Assembly (NCBI GenBank): GCA_043228905.1
Contig: JBHGNT010000005.1
Coordinates: 11,346,001-11,410,000 of the forward strand
Source: Azolla caroliniana
Taxonomy: Eukaryota; Plantae; Polypodiophyta
DNA: 64,000 bases
Reading direction: 5' to 3'
Within the stretch, counting starts at the first letter, position 1. The number at the start of each line of letters is the position of its first letter. Positions 25,796-38,600 of the stretch are shown here, piece after piece. A program made the position numbers and the translations under genes. Below the pieces are notes generated by a model. That model ran no database searches. It was not told the DNA's origin and was given only the letters and a program-made list of their open reading frames with translations.

Positions 25796-26912
25796 CAAGA
25801 GACCAAAGTTCGATCCGAAGTCCCGCCCATGCATATTCCTTGGATACGACGATGATGAGTTTGGCTACCGAGTGTGGGACTTGGTCGACAAGAAGATTTT
25901 CCGGAGTCGTGACATAGTCTTTATCGAAGACAAGAACATTGCCGACTGGGAGTCGGAGAAGAAGATAGTTGACTCCGGGTCGATCGACAGAGACCGGTCA
26001 GAAGACACAAGGAACCATCTGGCTGGAAGCTGGAGGACACTCGAAGAACCGGACAAGATCTCAAATCGGACTCGGATGAAGAGCAAACGGAGGAACTAGT
26101 GGTCGGAAACCAAGGACAAAGATTCTCTCTAAGAGAGAGAAGCCCCCCTTGGAGATTTCCGGAAGCAGAACATATGTTGTTGACTGAGGAAGGGGAGCTG
26201 GAAAACTTCGAAGAAGAAAAGAAAGACACCCACAACCGCAAGCGATTAAGTGCCATGTAGGATGAGATGGATTCCCTCCATGAAAACCATACATATGAGC
26301 TGAGGGAACTGCCGAATGGAAAGAGAGCACTACGGAACAAGTGGGTGTACAAGCTGAAACCGGGAGACGCCGGAAATCCACCGAGATACAAAGCCTGAAT
26401 CGTGGTGAAGGGGTTTCAACAGAAGAAAGGAGTGGATTTCAACGAGATCTTCGCCCCGGTAATCAATATGACATCCATCTAGACAGTGTTGAGCATTGCG
26501 GAGAGCATGGACCTCGAGGTAGAGCAACTAGACGTCAAGACGACGTTCCTACATAGTGACCTTGAAGAAGAGATCTACATGCAACAACCATAGAGAATTT
26601 TCAAGAAAGAGGAGCACCTAGTATGCCGGTTGAAGAAGAGCTTATATAGACTGAAGCAAGCTCTGGGCAATGGTATCGGAAGTTTGACTCCTTCATGGCC
26701 GACCAAGAATACCACAAGACGCAGGCCAACTAGTGCGTATTTGTGAAGAACTTCACCTGAGGAGACATCTTGATACTACTAGTGTATGTGGATGACATGT
26801 TGATCGTCTGAATGAGGCCTTGAACCAGACCTTCTCAATGAAAGATCTGGGTCCGGTCAGACATGTATTGGGGATGCACATAGTCTGGAACTAGTTGAGG
26901 AAGCAGTTATGG

Positions 26913-27873
26913 CTAGTATTAAGCCTCCTAGTTAGTATTGTATATTCTCTTAACATAATATATATCTTTTGTTATCATCATTCTCTCTCTCTCTCTCTCA
27001 CTCTTTCCTTCTCTCAAGAGTTCCACACCTCCCTTAGTACTAATTCTCATCTTTTAGTACTAATTTATTCTCTGTCTTAGTATTGTCCTTGACAGTATGT
27101 CTCTATCTTAGTAATGCTCCTGATAGTTCACTGCAATATGCCCTGGTCCACCGCAATAAAGATATAGTCGATTTGCTTGGCGTCGCTGCTTTTCGTCTTC
27201 CGATAATGGTTTGCGAAGACATGGAGTGTCAATTTCCATTGGAGGTGGAGTATTCATTGGAGACGCATTATATGACTCCCTTGGAAAATGTTTTGCTACC
27301 ACAGAGGCGTAGGTGGGCTTTGATCTTTCCCTTGGCATCTGGAATCGACGTTTTGAACGTTGTTCGAAAAGACGGTTGTCACATCTCACCGCGCGGCTGA
27401 TTGCTTCTGTCAATGACTTTGGTTCTTCGGGGAAGGTCAAGAGTAAATACTTGACATCGTTACGTAGACCATAACGAAATTGCTCCATAAGTGCTTGACG
27501 TAATCGTTGGATTTTATTGATTGATGTCAGTATCTCCAAAACAGGCTTTAAACTCACTTAAAAACTCTTCAAAATTGTTTAAGTGAGTTTAAAGCTTGTT
27601 TTGGAGATACTGACACCATAAGGACAACAATCAACAAAATCTGATGATTATGTCAAGGTAATCGTCCAGCCTCTGCATACGCTGTAGATTTCTGCTTGCT
27701 CGCCTTCGATATCCCCTAGGATGACCAAGGACTTATGGAGCAATTTCATTATGGTCTACGTAACGATGTCAAGGATTTACTCTTGACCTTCCTCGAAGAA
27801 CCAAAGTCATTGACAGAAGCAATCAGTCGCGTGTTGAGATGCGACAACCGTCTTTTCGAACGACGTTTGGAAC
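26913..27873. repeat. Fold-back (inverted duplication) of gypsy gag + LTR fragment
   Basis: Minus-strand gag 27125-27575 and plus-strand gag from 27577 face each other around a ~15-nt loop. The right arm continues at 33745-34177 after a nested insertion. Confidence 0.8.
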
Positions 27874-30800
27874 TGTTAGCCCGCCGACAAGGGAACTCCA
27901 GAATGGGAAACAAGGGGATAATTAATAACCGAGAGCTGATTATAAATTTATATAGAATTATTATGATTTTGAGAAGCGAACGGACGGACACGGAATTGGT
28001 ATGCCAATCCGGATCCGGACCGGTTCGTAGCCGGTTGTCGGTTGGCATCAGTTTGTACCTAAAGACAGAGGCCTATAAAAAGGGCCGGCTAGATTGTAAT
28101 CATTAGCAGATAATTAATAGAGTGTTGTTGTTATATCTTAATCATTGCAGCACCATGCGGAAACGGAGCGCGCTGCAATGGCTCTGAACAGAGTTCAGAC
28201 GACATATCAGACTCAACTCATGCATTACAGAAGCCAAGAAGCGGCAACCGCAAGTCTGATCAAACAATTGAAGGACGAAAAATAGGCCTCGGAAAACAAG
28301 TTGAAGTTGGGACTAGGGCGGATCCAGGACATCATACTAGCATGGAAGCATTGAACAAAGCAATTGGTGGAAGAAAGCTCAGTACAATGGTGGTCGAAGT
28401 GGGCTAAGCAGGCACCTGAGCTACAGTTGTTGCGGGCAGATGCAGAAAACTAGAGGAAAGAAGGTGACGAAGTTTACATCCTGGATAGAGAAAGCATTGA
28501 AACAATAAAGGATGAACTGTCAGATGATTTCCTATCCTTGGCTGATGAGCAGAGAGTGGCGGTACACCAGTTGGTGACACAGCTGGATGATGACCAATTG
28601 CACAACCAACTCCGCTTCAAGAAGTAGGAACAGGAACAACGACGGCAAGAAGTGGCCAAGAAAACTGCGGCGATTAGCATAAGTGACGAGGAGCCATCTT
28701 TAGAACAAACGCCGATTACAGCCGGGGGAGCCAACCAGATAGTATGCAAGAGGAGCCGCTAGAGGAAGGTCATTGGCAGACACCGAGGCACGTCAGACAA
28801 CAGAACCAGGAGATGCCAAGGCCGGTTCAGCCGGGAAAGGGGGAAGAGCCAGTAAGACCAATTGAGCCGGAAATGGAGACAGAGCTAGTGAGATCGACGG
28901 AGCCACAGGTGACAGATGGCAACCAGCAGCAGCCACAACTAGAGCCGGCGCAGCAAGAGGAGCCGCCACAACCACAGAAATAGTAGGAGGGGGAACAATA
29001 GCAGTCGACGACAGAACAACTTCCCAAGGAACCATTGGAACCCTTAGATCAAAGTATTCTAGACATTTTGGAGGATGAATGAAGGCCGGATAGTGGGATT
29101 CGACGTACAAGGTACTGTCCCATGGGCGTGCCATTTGTTAGCCGGCCGGCAAGGGAAGTCTAGAATGGGAAACGAGGGGATAATTGATAACTGGGACTTG
29201 ATTATATATTTATTGTAGAAACAAATAGCGTGCAGAAGCAATAGAAAACAGAAAGCAAAGAACAGGTTTAATGGAGAGCTTAATAGTACGCGGGAGAAAC
29301 TGAGAGAGAGAGAGCACACTGAAACTTAATTCAAAAAATACTACTTAGTCTACACATCGTATGTGTTTAGTGAACACTTTCATACAAGTCCATCTGGACT
29401 GACAGAAGTATGGTGTACTTCAATGCTCACACGAGCGTCTGACACTAACTACAAGATATTAACTCCCTAGTAGACTAACTGCTACTTGGCTTCCGGTTAC
29501 TGCTTGATCCAGCTAACCGGCTCCCCAACTCACCGGCTCACTTGCTCACCGGCTCACCCTTTTGGATGCCGATCCGGCTCAGGCTTATTCAGCCAATCCG
29601 GATTCGGTTGAGGTTGCCGCTCAACACTCCCCCTCAAGCTCAACTTGGGGTTGGATCGTAGTGTCAGTCTCCATGGTAGTTGGTCCTTCCACTTGGCTCC
29701 TTCTAGCGTCACTCCGCCTCGCTCGTGCTCTTCTTCCGGTCCGGTCCCGTTTGCCGCGACCCTTCTATTCCTGCACACCTCGACTTCCTTGGTCCGCTTG
29801 TCTGATCAATAAGCCCAATTCAGCTCCCTCGTTGTTGTGACTTTGGCTTTTGCCGATTTGCCGATTCCTTCGTGTTGGCGTCGACTTTTGTTGCCTTCTT
29901 ATCCTCTTGGCCTTGAATTGATTTGGTTCTTCCGAATCCTTCTGTAGAACCGAATTGGCTGTCTCTGATTCGTTCCAGCTCTTGTTTGAATGGGTTGCTC
30001 CCGATTCGTCTTCTGGTTTCAGGCCCTCCACCACATCGGACCATGTCCGGGTCTTGGCCTTCTTCTTCCGCTCAGATCTGTCCTTCTTGACTCTACCTCT
30101 ACTGCCGCTTGTTCAACCTTGTTCGGATGTGTCAACTTCCTTTGTCGACTCGGCTCCTTTCTTCTTCCTGTCTCTCCCCTTGTCGGTTCTTCCCCCACCG
30201 GTGCAATCGGCAGTCTGTTTGCCTTTGCCCGTTCCGGTGGTGTCTTTGCCCATTTTCCCCCTCAAGTGTGGCACGTCAAGATGCTAAACACCAAGCATTT
30301 CGGTGAAGTGCTGCAACTTGTCTGATCCGAGCGATTTGGTGAAAATGCATTCTTCACGTCCATATGGTGAAGATGCCACTCCCTTGTCGCAACAACTGCC
30401 AACACCACACGAACCGTCGTCATCTTCGCTACCGGAGCGAAGGTCTCGTCATAGTCGATTCTGTGGGTCTGCACGTATCCCTTTACCACTAACCGGGCCT
30501 TGTACCGGTTAACTGAACCATCGGCATTGTACTTTACCTTGTACGCCCACTTGCATCCGATCGGTTTACTGTGACGGGGAGGGTCAACCAGGTCCCATGT
30601 GTCGTTGGCATCAAGTGCCTGCATCTCTTCCTCCATAGCGGCACACCAATTTGCATCCCTTGCCGCTTCTACATAGCTCTCCGGCTCACGCACTTCCGCC
30701 ATTTGGGGTCCTGTACGCATAGTGATGTGCCATGTACTCATTGTACCCGGCGGGAAGACTGGCGTAACCCACCATTACCCGGTTTGAGGCCCTTCTTGGC

Positions 30801-33739
30801 CGGTTCGGTCTTCGGTGCCGAAGAACCGTCATTTTCCTTTCCGGAGTCGGATCCGCTCTGATCTGACTCATCATTACCGGTTTGATAATCTGGCATCTTC
30901 TTCTTCCCCTTCTCTTTGCGCGTGAACCGTCTCCCCGGTTCCTTGCACGGGGAGCGCACGACAGAGTCTTCACTACTCGCTGGTTCCTCTTCTGACTGGT
31001 CACATTGACCCAGTCTCTCGTTTGGCCCACTCAACCGAAACGATTCTTGACTCTCTTCTTGAGTCCCGGATTCATCATCTTCTATCTGGACCAGTTCAGG
31101 CTCACTAGCCTCATCCTCCGATATGGGGTCGGGGTCGGAAGTCGGAGCCGGTAAGGCATACCATGATGCTGTCTCATCAAACTCAACATTGTGGCTAACG
31201 CAGACCTGCTTCGTCCGGGAGTTGTAACACTTATAACCCTTTTGCTCATGTGAGTAGTCGATGAGGATGCACTTCTCCAATTTTGTATCCAGCATCCTCT
31301 GCTTCTCATCTGGCACATGCACATGTGCTATGTTGCCGAAAATCCGAAGGTGTCTCAAATTCAGCTTGCGCCTGAAATACAACTCATGCGCAGACACCTT
31401 GTCACCGATCCGGACCGCCTCCACCTAGAAGAAATGGGGCATGTTCTTCTCTTCCCGCATTGCCCTTGCTGTGTCGACAAGCGACCGGTTCTTCCTTGCC
31501 GCCACGTTGTTTTGCTCCAGTGTGTATCTGCAGCTGAACTCCCTCCGAATTCCTATTTGCTGCAGATAACTCTTGAATTGGCCGGAAAAATATTCTTTTC
31601 CTCCATATGACCGCAGACACTTGATCTTTCTCTCTGATTCCCGTTCCACCATGCTTTGGAGGTTCCGGAAATAGTCGAAACTTCGCTCTTCCGCTCAATG
31701 AGGTAGATCCATGTGTGCCGGCTATAGTCGTCGATGAAGGAGACGAAGTACTGACTCCCGCCAAGACTCGCGTTCTATGCCAGTCCCCATACATCCGAAT
31801 GAATAAGGTCGAACTTGTTACAGCTACGATTTCATTCGGTGGGGAATGGAAACCGGTGTTGCTTCCCGAGTTGACAGGCTTCACATACTTGGGCCTTCTG
31901 GCCACTAAACTTCGGCAAACCGAAAACAACTTGTTTCGTTTGCACGTCTTGAAGCCTTCGGTAATTGACGTGGCCAATCCTCTTGTGCCAAAGATCGATG
32001 TCTGATTCAATCTTCTGTCCTTTGGCGAACAAAGCGGTGCCGACGTCGTTGGTGTCGAGGATGAACATCCTCCCGTCTTTGCGCCCTTGCGCAATAATCT
32101 GGCCCTCCTCCTCGATGCAGCACCCGAGGTGCGTAAACCACACCTGCATTCCATGGTCAACGATCTGTCCGACCGACACTAGGTTCTTCGTGATAGTTGG
32201 AATGTGTAATACGTTCATCAGCTTCCCCCTCTGTCCGATGTGGCTCAAAGGGACTTCACCGACGTGCACGATTGGGTGAGAAGTGTCGTCTCCGGTTTTG
32301 ACAACTCCTGGTTGTTCCAGTTTCTCCAGGAAGGAGAACCACTCTTTGTGGTTCGTCATGTGATTTGATGCACCGGAATCAACGTACCACACTTCCTCCG
32401 ATTTGGAAGTGGTCTTCTTCATCGAATTTGCCTCGTGCTTCATCACCAAGGCTGGCCCCTTACCGGTCTTCTTGGTTTCGGATCCTTTCGATCCTTGCGC
32501 GTAGTGCGAGCTTTGTCGGTTCTCCTGATCGGTTTTGCCGGATCTAGATCTATCCGAATCGGTGCGCTTCTTCCAACACTCGCTTTCTTTGTGGCCCTTT
32601 TTGCCACAATACCAGCATTTCGTGGCGGATTTGTCTTGCCGGCCTCTGGCGCCACCTTGATTCCCCTTGGTTGTGGAGGTCCCGGAACTGCCGTCGGTCT
32701 TGCCCTTGTCGACTGCCTTCATTACATGGAACCGCCACAGCCATAGGAACAGTAGGAGGGGGAACAACAACAGCCGACGATAGAACAGCTTCCCGAGGAA
32801 CCATTGGAACCCTTAGATCAAAGTATTCTGGACATTTTGGAGGATGAATGAAGGCCGGATAGTGGGATTCGACGTACAAGGTACTGTCCCATGGGCGTGC
32901 CATGTGTTAGCCGGCCGGCAAGGGAAGTCCAGAATGGGAAACGAGGGGATAATTAATAACCGGGAGCTGATTATATATTTATTGTAGAAACAAATAGCGT
33001 GTGAAAGCAATAGAAAACAGAAACCAGAGAACAGGTTTAATGGAGAGCTTAATAGTACGCGGGAGAGACAGAGAGAGAGCACACTGAAACTTAATTCAAA
33101 AAATACTACTCAATCTTTACATCGTATATGTTCAGTGAACACTTTTATACAAGTCCATCCGGACTGACAGAAGTACAGTGTACTTCAATGCTCACACGAG
33201 CGTTTGACACTAACTACGAGATATTAACTCCCTAGTAGACTAGCTCCTACTTGGCTTCCGGTTACTGCTTGATCTAGCTAACCGGCTCCCCAGCTCATCG
33301 GCTCACCCTTCTGGATGTCGATCCGGATCCGGTTGAGCTTGCCGCTCAACATTTATATAGAATTATTATGATTTTGAGAAGTGAACGGACGGACATGAAA
33401 TCGGTATGCCGATCTGGATCTAGACTGGTTCGTAGCCGGTTGCCGGTTGGCACCGGTTTGTACCTAAAGCCGGAGACCTATAAAAAGGGCCGGCTAGATT
33501 GTAATCATTAGCGGATAATTAATAGAGTGTTGTTGTTATATCTTAGTGATTGTTAATTACCATTCTGTGCTAAGTGTAATTTATCCTACGCGTGTATTGT
33601 GACTAATGATATTGCCGCCAGTAACCCATTAGGGTTCCATTAACTGTCGGTCTAACTCTATCTCACAGCAAGACCTCTTTGGTGAAGTGTCTCAGAGGGA
33701 CACCCTGTGTTAGGCCATTGTCCGGCCCTAGCGATAACA
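27874..33739 (-). mobile_element. Non-autonomous LTR element D with an antisense ORF remnant
   Basis: LTR ends TGTTAGCC...GATAACA; TSD GGAAC. PBS TGGCACGCCCA on minus next to the right LTR (29123-29133). The left LTR is truncated at ~28140. A plus-strand coiled-coil/Q,E,P-rich ORF remnant lies at ~28300-29090. Confidence 0.7.
29214..33351 (-). mobile_element. Ty1/copia element C inserted in the LTR of D; 5' region rearranged, RT-RH largely deleted
   Basis: LTRs 29214-29626 and 32983-33351; TSD TTTAT; PPT 29627-29636. Zinc knuckle CWYCGKKGHKESEC, PR WYVDSGASNHMT, IN, and RT N-terminus (YKARLVVKGY). Confidence 0.85.
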
Positions 33740-33967
33740 GGAACATTAGTTGCATATGCCAAGGGCAAGATTAGAGCCCACCTACACCTTAGTGGTAGCA
33801 AAACCTTTTCCAAGGGAGTCATATAATGCTTCTCCAGTGAATACTCCAACTCCGATGAAAATTGACACTACACATCGTGGCAAACCATTATTGGAAGAAG
33901 AAAAGCAACGACGCCGAGCAAATCGACTATCTCTTTATTGCGTCGACCAGGGCATATTGTAGTGAAA

Positions 33968-34407
33968 TATCAGGAGCAGGATTAAGACAGAGAAGTATTG
34001 CCAGGAATAGTACTAAGACAAAGAATAAATTAGTACTAAAAGATGAGGATTAGTACTAAGGGAGGTGTAGAACACTCGAGAGAAGGAAACAGTGTGTGTG
34101 TAAGAGAATGATGATAACAAAAGATATATATTATATTAAGAGAATATACAATAGTAGATAGGAGGCTTAAGACTGGCGTTGAACCGATTTGGTTCGAAAT
34201 AATACCTTGTGCTTCCTTTTATAGTGTTCTCAAGAGTACTCCTGAAGTTTCAAGAATGTTCCAGAGAAATCTGGAATATACATCAATTTTCTATAGTAAA
34301 ACTTAAATGAAAATAATTTCCTTTGTATTACAACATATAGTCTCATGGTCAAGAGCTCGACCCATGTAACATAAGGTCATGGGTTCGAGTGTTGCCATAT
34401 CATGACA
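33968..34407 (-). mobile_element. LTR of gypsy family G (antisense to adjacent gag)
   Basis: The reverse complement begins TGTCATGATAT.. and matches the LTR at 55342-55755 and the LTR at 39000-39387. Confidence 0.8.
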
Positions 34408-35341
34408 GGGGAGCCATATCATGGCAGTCGAGGTTGTAGAAGTCCGTTGCACTGTCGACAACGGAAGCGGAGGATATGGTAGTCATGGAAGCCGGCAAAG
34501 AAGTAATTTGGATGAAGGACTTTATTGGAGAGCTCGGGATCCAGCAGGAGGAATTCTGGCTCTATTGTGACAATCAAAGTGTCATCCATCGACCTTGCAA
34601 AGAATGCGGCCTACCACTCCCGGATGAAGCACATCCAGAGGAGATATCACTAGCTCCGGGAGAACGTAGAAGATAAAGACTTAGGCTAACGAAGATCCAC
34701 ACAAAGGTGAATGGGTTAGACATGTTGACCAGGGTGATCTAAGTCGAGAAGCTCAACGCGTGCCTTGAACGGATCGGAATGACGAGACATCCCATACCAG
34801 AGTGAGGGGGAGATTGTTGGGAAACAAGTCCCCTCTCGATGGGATCCGGACAAGCAGAAGGAAGGTATCCGGATACTGGATTAGATGGATCTGGAAGGAG
34901 TCCGGTCAGATCCAATATGAGAACCAACATGTAGGAACATATTAGTAAATATGTTTAGAGGTGACCGTTGAGGTCATATTTGTAAATAGCGATATGAGTA
35001 TAAATATAACTAGGGCAACAATGTTCATGATGGTGTTGTTATTATCTTTATTGTTGTATAGAGTGTAGAGAGATACATGAAGTATTTTCTGTTGTAACCG
35101 ATGATTGGCGAAGGCATAGAGCTCGAGTCCATTGCCTCTGAGTCTCGCGTTATAACCTTTTCTTCTCATAGTGATAGTTGGAGTCTTTGGGCTCCTCTGG
35201 TTTTTCCCTATTAGGGTTTTTCATGTAAACATCTGGTCTCGTCTCATTCTGTGTAAGTGCATTAATCTTCAATCTTGCTTTTGCTTCTTCAATTGAGTGA
35301 TTAAGACTCGGTTGTGGCCGAGCACTATTCCGCACCAGAAG

Positions 35342-35630
35342 ACAAAGCTATAAGTCCCTCCGAAATTGAATAGACAGGACTTGTAGATGTTGAAAATGAT
35401 CTAACTAGAATTAAGGGACTGTAAACAAGATCCAATGAGGCAGGCTACTACAAAATATAGCATGGAATGGTAATATGTGAGAAACCAGCCTATCAAACTG
35501 AAAGGTCGATTAGGTTGCTTGCAAAAAATGGAGATGATATGATAGTCGACCCCAAGCCGAGTGAGATCAAACCAATGACAATGTGTTGGCCGATAGAAGG
35601 GCATTCAAATCAGCTATCATGGGACCCAAC
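35342..35630 (+). mobile_element. Continuation of the LINE ORF2 remnant (with 14689-14747)
   Basis: Removing element A at its TSD restores the frame ..ITDAIARNRKTLE|DKAISP..QLSWDP, consistent with a LINE ORF2 C-terminal region. Confidence 0.55.
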
Positions 35631-38600
35631 TTTTGGTTGGACAACCCTAGATCTGTGCAATCCATTAGTGCTTCCATTCCCTCTAAGTAAGTTAGCAATG
35701 TGTTCTCAGCCCAAGTAACCATTAGTACTAAAAGTACCTCTACAGTACATGTCTCAGCACTCGTAGATTCCGGAGCTAATTCTTGCTTCATGGATAGGAA
35801 TTTTACCCAAGCTCATCAGATATCCCTAAGAAAACTCCCGTGTCCAGCCTCTATAGTAGTCAGTGATGGTCATCCCATTGCTTCCGGAAATATCATAGAA
35901 GAGTCAGCGCCCGTTAATATTGTCCTAGATAATTTAGCGTGTGTAGTATCCTTAATATAATTAGTATCCTAGAACATCCCATTGTTTTGGGATTACCATG
36001 ATTCGAATTACATAACCTAGACATAGATTGGAGAACAAGAGAAATCCGGTATTGACAAAATTGAGGATCTACTCATAAGATTGCAACCATTTCGCTACAT
36101 CAGTTGCGTGAGGAAGGACACAAGGAAGAAATGTTTCTCTTCGCAATATCAACAAAACCCTCCAACACCACTAAAGAGGAATCCACCATTCAACTTCCAG
36201 AGAAGAATCGTCATTATGCCAATGTGTTCGATAAAGCACAAGCCAATACGCTTCCTCACCATCGACCATATGATTGCCCGATCGATTTACAACCGGGAAA
36301 AGAGCCACCATGGGCACTAATCTACAATTTGTCACCAACCAAGCTAGAAGTCTTTTGAGCCTATATAGAGGAGAATTTGGCAAATGGTTTCATTCGACAA
36401 TCAAAATCTCCAACCGGTGCACCCATTTTCTTTATCAAGAAAAAGGATGGATCACTTCGTCTCGTCATAGATTACCGTGGCTTGAATAAGGTCACCATCA
36501 GGAATAGGTACACACTTCCCCTTATCTCAAGTCTTTTAGAACGGATCAATGGTGCAAGGTTCTTCACAAAGATTCACTTACGAGGAGCATATAACATTGT
36601 ACGGATCTGACCAGGAGATGAATGGAAGACCGCGTTTTGCACCAAATATGGGCACTTCGAGTATATGATCATGCCATTTGTCCTAACTAATGTGCCAACA
36701 GTCTTCCAACCAATGGCAAATCATATATTCCGAGATCTGTTGGATGTTTGTTTGATAATCTATTTGGATGATCTACTGGTTTATTCGAAGACCCAAGAAG
36801 TGCATGATTCTCATGTACTGTTAGTACTAAAATGACTTCGAGAACATGGTCTTTATGCAAAGCTGGAAAAATGTAGTTACGAGTGCAACCAGGTAGAATT
36901 TCTAGGCTATGTCATTTCCTCGGAAGGCAGCTTCATGGATCCAACTAAGGTCAAAACGGTGGTAGAGTGGCAGACTCCGCGTTCATTGTGAGATGTGCAA
37001 TGATTATTAGGCTTTGCCAATTTCTACCGCAAGTTTATATAGGATTACCCAAAGCTTGTTCTGCCTCTCACACAACTCACCAGGAAGGGACAATCGTTCG
37101 TTTGGTCTAAAGAAGTTGACATGACTTTTGAGGGTCTTAAGAAGGCATTTACATCAGCTCCTATTGTGGCTCATGTTGATCTGGGAAAACCATTCATCAT
37201 CGATGCAGACACGTCGGATTTCGCGTTGGGTAGCATTCTTTCAGAACAAGGCGATGATGAAAAGCTCCATCTTGTGGCTTTCTACTCATGCAAGTTTGAC
37301 GCTGCCAAAAAAAACTATGAAATTCATGATAAGGAGCTATTAGCAATAGTGTACTCTTTTACACAATGGAGGTATTTTCTAGAGGGATCTTCTCATCAAG
37401 TCACCGTATTCAGTGATCACAAAAACCTTGCCTACTTTCAGAATGCTCGTGTGTTAAATCGACGTCAACCTCGGTGGGCCCAATTCCTCACTGGTTTCGA
37501 GTTCAAAATTACATATCGTCCGGGGAAGCAACAAGGGAAGGCAGATGCATTATCATGCCACTCGTATCTAGCATTGCATCCTAACGAGCCTGCTTTGATA
37601 ACCAAAAGCAACTAATCCTGGGACCAACACGACTGCAAGCAACGCAGGTCTTCGGAATGCCCTTGGATTCCCGCGTTATCGATACCATCTGTGAGGACTT
37701 GAAGACAGATGCTTTCGCCTAGGACATTCTGGCACAAATTGATCCCTCGTGAGCATCTTGTTCACAATCGCAGGAACCAGGTACGGACTATCAACAATTC
37801 AAATGTCATGATGGATTACTATTATTTAAGAAACTCTTGTATGTTCCTAATGGTTCTTGTCACCTTCGAGTAGTCCTAAATTTTCATGACACATATACAA
37901 CTGGGCATTTTGGTAGTACTAAAGCATTAGATTTACTACAACGATCATTTTGGTTTCCCCATATGCTACAATTTGTCAAAGATTTTGTTCGGACTTGTGA
38001 TACACGTTGCCGAGCAAAAATACCAAGGCATCATCCATCTAGTTTATTAGAACCATTACCAATTCCAAGCAAGCTGTGGCAATCCATTGCTCTAGATTTC
38101 ATCACAGATTTTCTGGGCTCTAAGTTATTCAATGCGATCTTATCAGTAGTAGATCAATATACGAAGTTGGCATCATGGCCTCCCCGATAGTATCATCAGC
38201 GGACGTGGACCCCAATTCGTCTCCAAATTCTGGAAGCACCTCTTTAAAATGCTCAAGGTCACTTGTAACCTCTCCTCCGGCTACTACCCATAAATAGACG
38301 GCCAAGTAGAACGAACAAATCAAACGCTGGAGCAGTATCGTCGTGCTTTCTAAGCTATCATCAAGATGATTGGGCGGATATTCTCCACTTCCCCGAATTT
38401 GCGTATAATAACTCTGTCCACTCATCAACAAAGGTTACACCATTTTATGCGTATATGGGATGTCACCCCTGATGGTGTGTATTTGAAACCCCAGAATTAC
38501 CCACAAATCCTTCCGCAGAGGATCATTTGGAGTGGTTACGCAAGATACAAGCGGATTTATCTACTCATCGATAGCAAGCTCAACAAACACACAAGGTTTA

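Larger units (their letters stand above)
14748..35336 (+). mobile_element. Tnt1-like Ty1/copia element A, host to multiple nested insertions
   Basis: 5' LTR 14748-15317, PBS TGGTATCAGAGC 15321-15332, gag from 15342 (CFYCGKPRHFQKNC; PR WVVDSG). IN pieces at 19772-20282 and from 25801, RT to ~26912, RNase H 34408-34800, PPT GAGGGGGAG, 3' LTR 34815-35336. TSD AGAAG. Confidence 0.85.

Noticed and set aside
34336-34400. Functional tRNA gene
   Set aside because: Acceptor and anticodon stems do not pair convincingly and the segment is part of an LTR; it is reported only as tRNA-like.
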